DNA of 64,000 nucleotides from Candidatus Micrarchaeota archaeon (GCA_028866995.1 JAGWHD010000001.1:183218-247217), one strand, 5' to 3'. Positions 35,091 through 44,109 are shown, counted from the stretch's first letter. Notes: generated by a model not told the origin, from the sequence alone. Translations and numbers: made by a program.

Positions 35091-35231
35091 TTACTTGCCG
35101 CCTATCTTGAACATCTTTGTGCCGCACACAGGGCATGAGCCCGTCATGGCAGACTTCCCATTCTTCATGGTGACCTGCTTGGCATCCTTCATCTCGCGCT
35201 TTTGCTTGCACTTTACACAATATGCTTCCAT
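35091..35231 (-). CDS. small zinc-ribbon protein (46 aa)
   Basis: MEAYCVKCKQKREMKDAKQVTMKNGKSAMTGSCPVCGTKMFKIGGK has CxxC...CxxC. It has its own TATA box. The rest of the 199-aa track ORF is R/A/C-rich and overlaps the next gene. Confidence 0.7.
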   Translation of the reverse strand: MEAYCVKCKQKREMKDAKQVTMKNGKSAMTGSCPVCGTKMFKIGGK

Positions 35232-35260
35232 GTCATCGCCTAGTATAATGGCATTGCAAG

Positions 35261-35273
35261 GTTTTATTAAAAG
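35261..35273 (-). promoter_or_regulatory. TATA box (CTTTTAATAAAAC on minus strand)
   Basis: Lies 30-42 nt upstream of ATG 35231. Confidence 0.45.
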
Positions 35274-35278
35274 ATAGG

Positions 35279-36070
35279 TTATGCCTGCGCTGCTGCATGA
35301 TGGCGTCGACCAAGGAGCCTGTGCAGTGCATAGGCCGCGTTGCCCGAGAGCAGCGCTATGAGGAGCGAATACGGCACGGCGGATATCGCAAGTGCGGAAT
35401 ACAGGACAGCGACAAGCGAACCGTAGGCCAGTTGCATGCCCATCGGATGCGGCGATGTCTTTGGGTCTGCCAGCATCACGAATGCGAACAGGTAGTTTAC
35501 GCTGAACAGAAGTGGGTCGAGCGCCTGCAGCGATCCTATGCCGTGCCCGTATGCCACATATACAACAAGCGATACCGCTATGAACGCGAGGGAAGCGGTG
35601 AGCCTTTTCGCCTCGTAAGAAGCCACTACCAGCAGCGGCGTCGCCGAAAGGACAAGGCCGAAGACGTTGTAGCTTCCGGCGCCCCACCATTCGTCTCCGA
35701 TGCCGAAGAGCGCCAAGGCAAGCAGCAGCCCCAGAGCCGCAGGGTTGAATATGTTGGTGTGCCTCGCCTTGATGAAGTGCTTGGACAGCACGGCCGCAAG
35801 GTCAGCCAGCACTATCGCCGCAAGCGGCGAGCCTATCGGAGCCACCATGCCTATTATCAGACCGGTTATGATGCCTGACAGTGGTATCCTTGGCCTGTGC
35901 TTGTGCACTAGCATGGGAATTGCCGCGTCTGCCGCTGATGCGATTGCCACAGAGGCTATTAGCGATACCGGAAGGCGCTGCAGTTCATATGCTGACAAGA
36001 CTGCCAGGAGAGAGAGCAGCGCTATGGCCCAGACATACGCTGCGCCAATGCTCTGGTTCAGCAACCTCAT
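35279..36070 (-). CDS. RnfD/NqrB-like integral membrane protein
   Basis: Polytopic. NIFNPAALG and FVMLADPKTSP resemble the conserved FNPA and (F)MATDPVTSP blocks of the NQR2/RnfD/RnfE family, recalled from memory. Confidence 0.5.
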   Translation of the reverse strand: MRLLNQSIGAAYVWAIALLSLLAVLSAYELQRLPVSLIASVAIASAADAAIPMLVHKHRPRIPLSGIITGLIIGMVAPIGSPLAAIVLADLAAVLSKHFIKARHTNIFNPAALGLLLALALFGIGDEWWGAGSYNVFGLVLSATPLLVVASYEAKRLTASLAFIAVSLVVYVAYGHGIGSLQALDPLLFSVNYLFAFVMLADPKTSPHPMGMQLAYGSLVAVLYSALAISAVPYSLLIALLSGNAAYALHRLLGRRHHAAAQA

Positions 36071-36079
36071 CTTATCATG

Positions 36080-36529
36080 CTACCCTACGACATATCCGCT
36101 GCTGTCGACCATGACGAACGCGTCATCGCCAAGCGATGAGTCGGTATCGAAGGAGTCGTCAGACAGGGTTCCTTCCACGAAGTAGATCTTGTATCCAGGT
36201 GCGATTACCACCGTGTCGTTGGCTCCGGTCTGGTTGAAGGTCATTGTGACCTCTGCTGATCCGTTGGCCAGTTGGGTAGCGGATATTCCGAATCCCGCCA
36301 TGGCGGCCCTTGCCTGCTGCGACGGAATTCCTGGATATGCCAGGTATGAGGATCTGGCGTAAGGCGTGTCGTTGAAGAGCACCTTTGACGAGTTCTGGCC
36401 CTGGTTCGCAGGGATCGTCGTCGTTGCTGTGGGGCCTTTTGAGCTTCCCCCTTGCAGCGCCAGCGCGGCCGCTGCGATTATTACAACAACAGCTATCAGC
36501 GCTATCGCGTACATTGTTCTATTCTCCAT
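36080..36529 (-). CDS. membrane-anchored extracytoplasmic protein, unknown function
   Basis: N-terminal TM YAIALIAVVVIIAAAALAL, then a Thr-rich linker and sequons (NSS, NDT, NGS, NQT, NDT). Confidence 0.65.
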   Translation of the reverse strand: MENRTMYAIALIAVVVIIAAAALALQGGSSKGPTATTTIPANQGQNSSKVLFNDTPYARSSYLAYPGIPSQQARAAMAGFGISATQLANGSAEVTMTFNQTGANDTVVIAPGYKIYFVEGTLSDDSFDTDSSLGDDAFVMVDSSGYVVG

Positions 36530-36535
36530 ATTAGA

Positions 36536-36865
36536 TCAGCGCAATCGTCTTTTTGGAGCGGAGTAACGCTCGCTGAATATGTCTCCGAAGGACCTGCATA
36601 GGTACATGATCCCTTTCCTGAGCTCGGATCTTCCGTCAGCTGTCAGCGAGTAGGTTATCGTCTTGCCCTTCCTGTTCCCTTTTATCAGCCTGTTCTCCTT
36701 CAGCTCCTTCAGCGCGGGATATATCGTGCCTGCCTTGGGCTTCTCGCCCCTCCTTCTGCCTATCTCCCCGGCTATTTCGTCGCCGTGCATGGGCCTCTTC
36801 GAGAGCAGCCACAGCACCTGGAAAGAGAGCAGGCCGCGCATGTCGCACTTTGAGCTTACGTGCAT
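36536..36865 (-). CDS. PadR-family transcriptional regulator
   Basis: LLSFQVLWLLSKRPMHGDEIAGEI...GTIYPALKELKENRLI is the canonical PadR winged helix. Internal ATG at 36865. The upstream part of the track ORF is F/S-rich junk. Confidence 0.85.
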   Translation of the reverse strand: MHVSSKCDMRGLLSFQVLWLLSKRPMHGDEIAGEIGRRRGEKPKAGTIYPALKELKENRLIKGNRKGKTITYSLTADGRSELRKGIMYLCRSFGDIFSERYSAPKRRLR

Positions 36866-36879
36866 GTAGAAACGTTCCA

Positions 36880-36940
36880 ATATAGGACGACCTATATATT
36901 TAAATATATTGCAGCGCAATATATATGATGTCCTATATAT
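36880..36940. promoter_or_regulatory. divergent promoter/operator region with ATATAGG/CCTATAT half-sites
   Basis: ATATAGGACGACCTATAT (7-nt inverted repeat, 4-nt spacer, 36880-36897), plus a further GTCCTATATAT at 36930-36940. Located between padR and the divergent small ORF. Confidence 0.45.
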
Positions 36941-36950
36941 GGTGAGATAC

Positions 36951-37091
36951 ATGTGTGGAATGGAAAATGGAATGAGGAGCTTCCTGACGAAGGAGGAGAA
37001 GATAGACATTCTGAAGGAGTACAAGAAGAACCTCGAGAACGAGGCGAAGGGAGTCGCGGAAAGGATAAAGGAGCTTGAGAAGAACAACTGA
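36951..37091 (+). CDS. small coiled-coil protein
   Basis: MCGMENGMRSFLTKEEKIDILKEYKKNLENEAKGVAERIKELEKNN. Divergent from padR and followed by a strong T-tract. The start is ambiguous (36951, 36960 or 36972). Confidence 0.45.
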   Translation: MCGMENGMRSFLTKEEKIDILKEYKKNLENEAKGVAERIKELEKNN

Positions 37092-37096
37092 ATCCT

Positions 37097-37124
37097 TTCC
37101 TGTTGTTTTTCTTTTTTTCTTTTC
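37097..37124 (+). terminator. T-rich terminator tract (TTCCTGTTGTTTTTCTTTTTTTCTTTTC)
   Basis: Long oligo-T runs immediately after the stop at 37091. Confidence 0.55.
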
Positions 37125-37164
37125 GATATATTTTAGATGTTTGTAAAGTTTAGAGGCGTGGATC

Positions 37165-37773
37165 ATGGAATGGAACGAGATGGCTGACGATGAGAGGATA
37201 GAGAGGACCGCGGCGGCGCTCAGGAAGCGCGGGATAGAGACATCCATTGCAGGTACTGGAGATGAGGCAAGGGAGAAGGTGCTTGGAATGATACCTGAAG
37301 GCGCTGAGGTCATGAACCTGACGTCGATAACGCTGGAGCAGACCGGCATAGCGAAGGAGATAATGGAGAGCGGAAGGTACAAGTCGCTCAGGAAGATGAT
37401 AATGTCTGTGAGCGACGACAGTGAGAGGCACGCGCTCAGGAAGAGCTCTACCAATCCCGAATACGGGATAGGAAGCGCCAACGCGGTCACAGAGGACGGA
37501 CAGGTGGTCTTCGCGTCTGCGAGCGGCAGCCAGATACCGGTATATTCCTACGGTGCGACGAACGTGATATGGGTCGTAGGGACGCAGAAGATAGTCAAGG
37601 ACCTTGACGAAGCGATGAAAAGGATAAACGAGTACGTGCTGCCTCTCGAGAGCGAGAGGGTGAAGAAGGCTTACGGACTCCCGGGAAGCAGCGTCAATAA
37701 AGTGCTGATAATCGAGAAGGAGAAGCCGGGAAGGCTCAGGATGGTGCTGGTTAAGGAGAAGCTTGGCTTCTGA
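37165..37773 (+). CDS. LUD-domain protein (LutC/YkgG-like)
   Basis: 202 aa with the general LUD_dom layout (IERTAAALRKRGIE..., GIGSANAVTEDGQVVFASASGSQ, NVIWVVGTQKIV). Confidence 0.65.
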   Translation: MEWNEMADDERIERTAAALRKRGIETSIAGTGDEAREKVLGMIPEGAEVMNLTSITLEQTGIAKEIMESGRYKSLRKMIMSVSDDSERHALRKSSTNPEYGIGSANAVTEDGQVVFASASGSQIPVYSYGATNVIWVVGTQKIVKDLDEAMKRINEYVLPLESERVKKAYGLPGSSVNKVLIIEKEKPGRLRMVLVKEKLGF

Positions 37774-37776
37774 TGC

Positions 37777-39147
37777 TCACTGGCTGGCGCCCTTGGCGGC
37801 CTCGGCGAACTCCGAGCTCGCCTCCTTGACCAGCTCGTCAAGCCTCTTCTTCGTTCGCGCCTCGGCCCTCATCTTGACCTTAGGGGTCGTGTTCGATACC
37901 CTCAGTATGAACCATCCGTCGCCGGTCACAACCTTCGCCCCGTCTATCGTTATTATCTTGTAGCCCTTGCCCGCAAGCCTCTTCTTGAGTATCTCGACTA
38001 TCTTTGCCTTGACGCTGTCGTCGGCGTCGAACTCCATGTACGTCCTCTCGTACCTGGGCAGCTCTGAGACCAGCTTCGACAGCGTGTCCTTTCCGTTAGA
38101 GAGTATCTCCACCATCTTCATGGTTGCGAAGAAGGCGTCGTCCATTCCGTACACCTCCTTGAAGTACATGTGCCCTGATATCTCCCCTCCGATGACAGCC
38201 TTGCTCGCGACCATGTTCTCCTTTATGAACGAGTGGCCGACCTTCGAAAGGACGGGCTTGCCCCCTTTCTCCGCTATGACCTCAGGGACTGCATCAGAGC
38301 AGCTGACTTCGTATACTACGGCTTCGCCCTTCTTCAGCGAGCCCTTTATCATTAGCGAGAGCGCGACGTCGCCGTCAAGCACCTCCCCGTTCTCGTCGAC
38401 GAAGACCGCGCGGTCGCCGTCTGCGTCGAACGCCACCCCGAAATCGAGCTGGTTGTGCGTCACCAGGTTCCTGAGCTCGGTCAGAGAATCAGGTTTCGGC
38501 TCAGGGTTCCTCCCTGGAAAGTTGCCGTCCGGAAGGTCGTTTATGGCGCTCACCGCCATGCCCGCATCCTTGAGCATCTCCCCGGCTATGCCAGACCATG
38601 CGCCATTGCCTGGGTCCACGCCTATCCTGAGCTCCCTGCCTACCTTGACCTTTCCGAGCACGAATGACTCGTAGTCCTTGCGCGCCTTCTGCGCCATGTC
38701 CTCGATGCCTACCAGGCCCGCATAGGGAGCTGGATCCGCCTTGGATTGCTCCTGGAGCATCAGCCTCTTTATCTCAAGCAATCCAGACTCCAGGCCTATG
38801 ACCTTGCCCCCCTTGGCGCAGAGCTTGAAGCCGTTCCATTCCGGGGGATTGTGGCTTGCAGTGACCCCTAAGCCCCCGTCGAACCCGTAATGTGCAACTG
38901 TGAAGTAGAGCATGGGGCTTGATGCCATGCCTATGTACATAACCTTGACCCCAGACCTCAGGAGGCCCTTGACAGCCGCATCCCTCAGCTTGTCAGCGCT
39001 CAGCCTGCTGTCGTTGCTTAGCGCTATCCTCTTGCCGGCACCGATGTACGTGCCGAACGCGAACCCCACGTTCTCGGCCACCTTCTCGTCTATGTCCTTC
39101 GGGTATATCCCCCTTATGTCATAGCTCCTGAATATCTTGTCGTTCAT
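37777..39147 (-). CDS. phosphoglucomutase/phosphomannomutase family (phosphohexomutase)
   Basis: FRSYDIRG, active-site GVTASHNPPEWNGFK, metal loop GVAFDADGDR, sugar loop GGEISGH. Confidence 0.92.
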   Translation of the reverse strand: MNDKIFRSYDIRGIYPKDIDEKVAENVGFAFGTYIGAGKRIALSNDSRLSADKLRDAAVKGLLRSGVKVMYIGMASSPMLYFTVAHYGFDGGLGVTASHNPPEWNGFKLCAKGGKVIGLESGLLEIKRLMLQEQSKADPAPYAGLVGIEDMAQKARKDYESFVLGKVKVGRELRIGVDPGNGAWSGIAGEMLKDAGMAVSAINDLPDGNFPGRNPEPKPDSLTELRNLVTHNQLDFGVAFDADGDRAVFVDENGEVLDGDVALSLMIKGSLKKGEAVVYEVSCSDAVPEVIAEKGGKPVLSKVGHSFIKENMVASKAVIGGEISGHMYFKEVYGMDDAFFATMKMVEILSNGKDTLSKLVSELPRYERTYMEFDADDSVKAKIVEILKKRLAGKGYKIITIDGAKVVTGDGWFILRVSNTTPKVKMRAEARTKKRLDELVKEASSEFAEAAKGASQ

Positions 39148-39167
39148 GAGTCGCCACCGCTAAACAG

Positions 39168-39488
39168 TCAGCCTGAATACTCTTCAGCATATCCTTTTAT
39201 GAAGGGCATGTCGACGTCCCTGCCGTGCGCGGCCTCCCAGCCGACGTATATGCCGGCTAACCACAGCATTATCGCTATGAGGTTGAAGACCGAGAGGAAA
39301 GGAAGATGGGCAAGGAGCCATAGCACGAATATGACGGAACCGAGGAGCATCGACTGGACAGCGTGGAACCTTAGTTTCTTGTCCTTCTGCGCGAGCGTGA
39401 GGTAGACCGCGAATCCGGATATGAAAGTGGCGATGTAGCACAGGAGATATGCGAGCGCATAGTCGTAGTGCCTTTTCGAGACCGCCAT
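39168..39488 (-). CDS. small membrane protein (DUF4870-like)
   Basis: 106 aa, 3 TM, RFHAVQSMLLG motif. Confidence 0.6.
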   Translation of the reverse strand: MAVSKRHYDYALAYLLCYIATFISGFAVYLTLAQKDKKLRFHAVQSMLLGSVIFVLWLLAHLPFLSVFNLIAIMLWLAGIYVGWEAAHGRDVDMPFIKGYAEEYSG

Positions 39489-39650
39489 GGAACCGCTAAA
39501 TCGCTCTCAGGGAAATGCTTTAAACATTCCCCTGCGCAATGCCATGCACGTCCCTAAACGAAGGTATAAATACCTGATCAATCAACATCATATCGTTGAA
39601 AGAAGGGATGAAAAGCTTTGCTTTAGCCTTCGTGGCTATATCTGCTTCTT

Positions 39651-40970
39651 TTGTTTCAGCCAGGTGCAGACTTGAAGAATTTCTCAGAGATGAACCTAGA
39701 CCCAGCGCTAGTGGAAGCGCTGAGAAGGGTCAATTTCATAACGGCCACTGAAGTGCAGGATCATGTGATACCTGTGGCCATACACGGCACCGACGTGATA
39801 GTCAGGGCCAAGACAGGGACAGGCAAGACAGCGGCGTTCCTGATACCGATAATACAGAGCAAGCCCATGGGGAGCGGCACAGAGGCGATAATAATAGTGC
39901 CGACGAGGGAGCTGGCGCTGCAGATACATGAGTTCGCCTCGAAGCTCCTTCCGAGGAGGGACGGCATAGCCGTCGTCTACGGAGGCGCATCCATAAACGT
40001 CCAGATGAGCGCGCTCAGGCACAGGCCAAGGATAGTGGTCGGCACGCCTGGAAGGATAATAGACCTTATCGAGAGGGGTGCATTGCACCTCGAAGGCATA
40101 CGCTTCCTAGTCCTTGACGAGGCCGACACCATGCTTGACATGGGATTCATAGAGGACGTGGAGTTCATAATGTCGAAGACCCCTCACAACAAGCAGACGC
40201 TGCTGTTCTCGGCGACGATGCCAGAGAGGATAAGGAACGTCGCAAGGAGCCACATGAAGAGCCCGTCGTTCATAAGCGTCGGGGCAGAGGAGGAGATGGT
40301 GGTCACTAAGATAAAGCATTACTTCGCTTCATGCGACAACTTCATGAAGTTCGCAACGCTTCTCGCATACATAAAGCAGAACAACCCCAAGAAGGCGATA
40401 GTCTTCGTGCAGACGCAGTATGCAGCTGACGCGATACACCAGGCGCTGAGGGAGCAGGGGATACACGCGATACTCATGCACGGCGGACTGACCCAGGCAA
40501 AGAGGGAGCATTCGCTTCGCGAGTTCAAGAAAGGGGCCAGCCTGCTCATCGCGACGAACGTAGCTGCAAGGGGGATAGACATAAGCGGCATATCCGATGT
40601 GATAAACTTCGACTGTCCTGAAGACCCGCATGTGTACGTGCACAGGGTCGGAAGGTCGGCGAGGATGAATGCTGACGGAAGGGCGTTCACTATTGTAAGC
40701 AACAACGAGCGGGGGCTGATACGCGACATAGAGGACGTCACCAACATAAAGATGGAGCAGATGAGGCTGGATATTTCAAAGTACGCGCACATACGCGCTT
40801 TCAAGAGACAGGGAGCAGGCGGTGGAGGAGGAGGGAGAGGAAGGGACGGCTTCAGGGGAAGAGACAGAGGGGGCGGAGGCTTCAGAGGAGGAGGATACAG
40901 GGGCAGCTCCGACAGGAGAGACTACGGAGGCCATCCGGGAAGGAAGCGATGGGACCACGGCAACAGGTAG
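39651..40970 (+). CDS. DEAD-box ATP-dependent RNA helicase with C-terminal RGG tail
   Basis: Q motif (F...TATEVQ), AKTGTGKTAAF, PTRELA, VLDEADTM, SAT, LIATNVAARGIDI, HRVGRSARM. The tail is GGGGGGRGRDGFRGRDRGGGGFRGGGYRG. The Q-motif Phe lies upstream of the first ATG (39690), so I keep the TTG 39651 start. Confidence 0.93.
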   Translation: MFQPGADLKNFSEMNLDPALVEALRRVNFITATEVQDHVIPVAIHGTDVIVRAKTGTGKTAAFLIPIIQSKPMGSGTEAIIIVPTRELALQIHEFASKLLPRRDGIAVVYGGASINVQMSALRHRPRIVVGTPGRIIDLIERGALHLEGIRFLVLDEADTMLDMGFIEDVEFIMSKTPHNKQTLLFSATMPERIRNVARSHMKSPSFISVGAEEEMVVTKIKHYFASCDNFMKFATLLAYIKQNNPKKAIVFVQTQYAADAIHQALREQGIHAILMHGGLTQAKREHSLREFKKGASLLIATNVAARGIDISGISDVINFDCPEDPHVYVHRVGRSARMNADGRAFTIVSNNERGLIRDIEDVTNIKMEQMRLDISKYAHIRAFKRQGAGGGGGGRGRDGFRGRDRGGGGFRGGGYRGSSDRRDYGGHPGRKRWDHGNR

Positions 40971-40975
40971 CGCAT

Positions 40976-41509
40976 TCATCCTTTCTTTGGACTCTTGCTT
41001 CGCCTTGCGTTGATTATCTCGCCATCATGGCTTGATATCAGCTTCACTGCTCCGCGCGGCACTAGAGGCTGCCATCTCAACCCTTTCTTTATCATCTCCC
41101 TTATCCTTGTAGCTACAAGCATCCTTCTTTCGTGCCACGGTGGCATTGCAGCCTTTATTTGATGCTCCTTGAATATCCTGAGCACCAGCCTGTTCCTGGA
41201 GAAGACCACGTCTATACCTTTGTGCCTTCTGGTTATGTATCTGAACCACCTGTCGTTGTCGTTGAAGTCTGGAATCTTTAGGAAGGAGATCCTCTTCAGG
41301 TCGATGCCTGATGACGAAAGGCCCGCTTTCAATATACGTATCCTGTCTGTTGATGTGAGGGGATTGTTGCCCGTGCCACTCTCCTGCGAGCTCCCTATTC
41401 CTATGACGAGCCTGTCGCACCTCTCAAGGCAGAACCTTATGGCGTGCATGTGCCCCTTGTGCAGCGGTTGGAACCTTCCGATGAAAAGGCCTGTACGCGA
41501 AAGTGCCAT
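40976..41509 (-). CDS. nadM: nicotinamide-nucleotide adenylyltransferase (archaeal NMNAT)
   Basis: GLFIGRFQPLHKGHMHAI (HxGH-type nucleotidyltransferase). 177 aa. Confidence 0.88.
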   Translation of the reverse strand: MALSRTGLFIGRFQPLHKGHMHAIRFCLERCDRLVIGIGSSQESGTGNNPLTSTDRIRILKAGLSSSGIDLKRISFLKIPDFNDNDRWFRYITRRHKGIDVVFSRNRLVLRIFKEHQIKAAMPPWHERRMLVATRIREMIKKGLRWQPLVPRGAVKLISSHDGEIINARRSKSPKKG

Positions 41510-41610
41510 AGCAATAACATATGATGCAGCGTTATTTAACCAGAGCTGGTATCACGGCCAAACGATTGGAGTAGGTTTAAAATGATTGCCAATCATGATA
41601 TATTGATACA

Positions 41611-43041
41611 ATGAACAAGGCCTTGTACATATTGGTTGCCGTGATAGTGATAGGGATAGCCGCATATTCGCTTTACAGACCCGTCCAAGCGACAGGCCTG
41701 GTCACCCTTCAGCTGACTGACCCCCCACATGTGCCGGACGGCACCTCAAGCCTTGTCATAAACTATTCTTCGGTACAGGTTCACTTTGAAGGAAGCGGAT
41801 GGACGAGCCTCAGCGCCAGCGGGAGCATGAACCTCATGTCTCTGGTCAACTTCAGCAGGATCATGGCAACGCTGAATGCGCCGCTTAACTCGACAATAGA
41901 CAATGTCAGGTTCAACATAACCGGGGCAAGCATAACAATAGGCAATGCCACATATCCCGTGACGCTGCCCAGCAGGCAGGTCAACGTTAGCGTGCATGCC
42001 GAGACAAGGAGCAATGCCACGACCAACCTGCTCATGGACATGTCCCCTACAGTGGCGACAGTTGTGACAAACACGTCAACCGTGTTCGTCATGGTACCGT
42101 CGCTTAGAGCTGTGATCGTCTACGGGAACACATCCTCAAGGGCCAATGCAACGGCGTCTGTAGGGAAAACCGAGGCGCTAAACCATACCGTCAGGAGGGC
42201 GCTTGACGATGCCAGACCCAACATAACGATAACCGGAGCCGAGATCGTCTCGTCGGGCAACAGCACCCGCATATCGGTAACTGTGAAGGACAACTCGAAC
42301 AGCAGCGTGCAGCTCAAGCACGTGCTCGTGTTCGGCAACGAGTCGATATCCGCGATGCTCAACTTCAGCGCGATGGCCAGGGCGCAGCAGAATACGCAGG
42401 ACAGGTCAGGAGACTCAGGCAGCTCTGACTCGACCAATGCGAGCCTGGGAATAGGGGCCAATGCGAATGCTTCGGAATCCGGGAACGGCCTTTCAAGGGC
42501 CAATGCATCGGCATCCGAGGGTGAGAACGCGAACGTAAGCGGTTCAGGAAACGCAGAGGCCTCGGGGAGCAGGGAAAACGGATCTGCCAGGATAACAGCC
42601 GCATTCAACTCCACTGAGATCAGCGACCTTGCCGCAAGGATCAACAACTCCGGCAATTCCACTGAGCTTGAGAACGAGATAAGGAACACTGTGCGCAATG
42701 AGAGCGAACTGCACAACATCAGCATAAACCAGAGCGATTTCAACGAGACCGTTGGAAGGATAAGGAACGTCAGCGGGGTGGTCGCGACGCAGCAGCGCAT
42801 CGGAGTGCTCAACTTCCTGATAAGCAACAGCACGCTTTACCTTCCGGCGTCAGAGCACGAGTTCGAGAATGACGGCTACACACTTGCGCCGAACCAGTCA
42901 GTGACACTGACATTCGACGGCCAGATTGCGCTGGGCTCAGGAGTGATGACTGTCAGCCTCGTGCAGGGCTCGGCATACAAGATAGAGGCGATAGGAGAGG
43001 AAGGGGCAAGCGCTACGATGCTCAACGTGACTGCTACGTAG
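41611..43041 (+). CDS. membrane-anchored surface glycoprotein candidate (DUF4382-like N-terminal domain)
   Basis: TM anchor ALYILVAVIVIGIAAYSL, then LVTLQLTDPPHVPDGTSSLVINYSSVQVH (DUF4382-like). About 30 N-x-S/T sequons counted by eye. An Asn/Ser/Gly/Ala low-complexity middle region. Confidence 0.8.
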   Translation: MNKALYILVAVIVIGIAAYSLYRPVQATGLVTLQLTDPPHVPDGTSSLVINYSSVQVHFEGSGWTSLSASGSMNLMSLVNFSRIMATLNAPLNSTIDNVRFNITGASITIGNATYPVTLPSRQVNVSVHAETRSNATTNLLMDMSPTVATVVTNTSTVFVMVPSLRAVIVYGNTSSRANATASVGKTEALNHTVRRALDDARPNITITGAEIVSSGNSTRISVTVKDNSNSSVQLKHVLVFGNESISAMLNFSAMARAQQNTQDRSGDSGSSDSTNASLGIGANANASESGNGLSRANASASEGENANVSGSGNAEASGSRENGSARITAAFNSTEISDLAARINNSGNSTELENEIRNTVRNESELHNISINQSDFNETVGRIRNVSGVVATQQRIGVLNFLISNSTLYLPASEHEFENDGYTLAPNQSVTLTFDGQIALGSGVMTVSLVQGSAYKIEAIGEEGASATMLNVTAT

Positions 43042-43261
43042 CCGCGCTTATCTCGAATACCTTGTCCCTTGATGAGACGCCCTTGACTATTGCGATGCTG
43101 GACTTCCTGACTTTGAGATGGAGCGACAGCATCGCAATCGCTGCCTTATTGGCCTTGCCTCCGATAGCCTTTTCCAATACCTTGATCCTGTAGGACCCGT
43201 CGCCCATCCTCTGGATGTTGCCGATCCTCGAATTCGGGATTACCCTTGCCCTTATCAGCAT
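43034..43261 (-). CDS. DUF167 (YggU) family protein
   Basis: IRARVIPNSR...IKVLEKAIGGKANKAAIAMLSLHLKVRKSSIAIVKGVSSRDKVFEI is the family signature (GKAN...G.sSR.K). Confidence 0.8.
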   Translation of the reverse strand: MLIRARVIPNSRIGNIQRMGDGSYRIKVLEKAIGGKANKAAIAMLSLHLKVRKSSIAIVKGVSSRDKVFEISAAT

Positions 43262-43278
43262 GGCAGATCAGCGAGCTG

Positions 43279-43587
43279 CTATCTCCTTCTCCTCTTGCGC
43301 TGCGCGGCCTTCTTGCCGACTCCGTGGCCGTGCCTCACGTAAGACGAGAGGAAGAGCACAAGCCACACGACTATGAACCAGAAGGCCAGGTCTACTACCA
43401 GCCCCGTCCAGTTCACGAAGTATGGGAAGTACTGAGGCGCTATTATCCTCTTTGTCAGCCAGAACCATGGATAGCCGTACCATAGCGCGCCGACCAGGTT
43501 GCTGGGCGTGCTGTTTATAGCTCCGGTAACCAGCGTTATGACAACGCTTCCAACAACAGATTCCACAGGTAGTTTCCAGTTCCTCAT
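43279..43587 (-). CDS. small membrane protein
   Basis: Runs from the internal ATG 43587 (MRNWKLP). 2-3 TM, Trp/Tyr-rich, basic tail KKAAQRKRRRR. Confidence 0.55.
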   Translation of the reverse strand: MRNWKLPVESVVGSVVITLVTGAINSTPSNLVGALWYGYPWFWLTKRIIAPQYFPYFVNWTGLVVDLAFWFIVVWLVLFLSSYVRHGHGVGKKAAQRKRRRR

Positions 43588-43609
43588 AATCCAACCTAAT
43601 CCAACATGC

Positions 43610-43816
43610 CTAAGCAATAATAAAAGCCTTTTGAATGGTATCACCGCTTGGCCCTTGCGCCGTTGTACTTGAGTATGGTCGATATGATACCGAGATGCTG
43701 AGGGCCTGCGGATAGTTGCCAAGGTACTCGTGCGTACCGAACGCTATCTCATTGAGGTTCGTTCCCGCCTTCCCAGGCATTACCGTTATCGCCTTCATGT
43801 GCCGCCGCGCCCTCAT
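43610..43816 (-). CDS. hypothetical small protein
   Basis: 68-aa ORF. Its ATG overlaps the stop of the upstream DUF4389 gene as ATGA, which suggests coupling. No motif recognised. Confidence 0.35.
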   Translation of the reverse strand: MRARRHMKAITVMPGKAGTNLNEIAFGTHEYLGNYPQALSISVSYRPYSSTTAQGPSGDTIQKAFIIA

Positions 43817-44109
43817 TCGTCCTCAGGTATTATCGGGTTCCTCTCGTCCGTGAGCAGGCTGAGGTACGCCCTGTACTTCGTGGAGTAGTAGAAATAGGCC
43901 CTGACGACGTTGTTGAGAGTCTTGCTCCTTTTTCCGAGTATGAGTATGTATATCCAGTGCACCATGAGGCATATCCCCGCTATTATGGAGAACACCCACA
44001 GGACTATCCCGCTGACTATGCCCCACAGGATCCTGACGAAGAGTTCCAGCCTCGACGCCTTCGGATCACTTTTCACTTCAACCTTTACCGTTTTCAAGTT
44101 CGCACCCAT
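43813..44109 (-). CDS. DUF4389-like membrane protein
   Basis: RLELFVRILWGIVSGIVLWVF...YRAYLSLLTDERNP resembles DUF4389 (R..R.l...P......Y.syltD.yPP). TATA at about 44128-44140. Confidence 0.6.
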   Translation of the reverse strand: MGANLKTVKVEVKSDPKASRLELFVRILWGIVSGIVLWVFSIIAGICLMVHWIYILILGKRSKTLNNVVRAYFYYSTKYRAYLSLLTDERNPIIPEDE

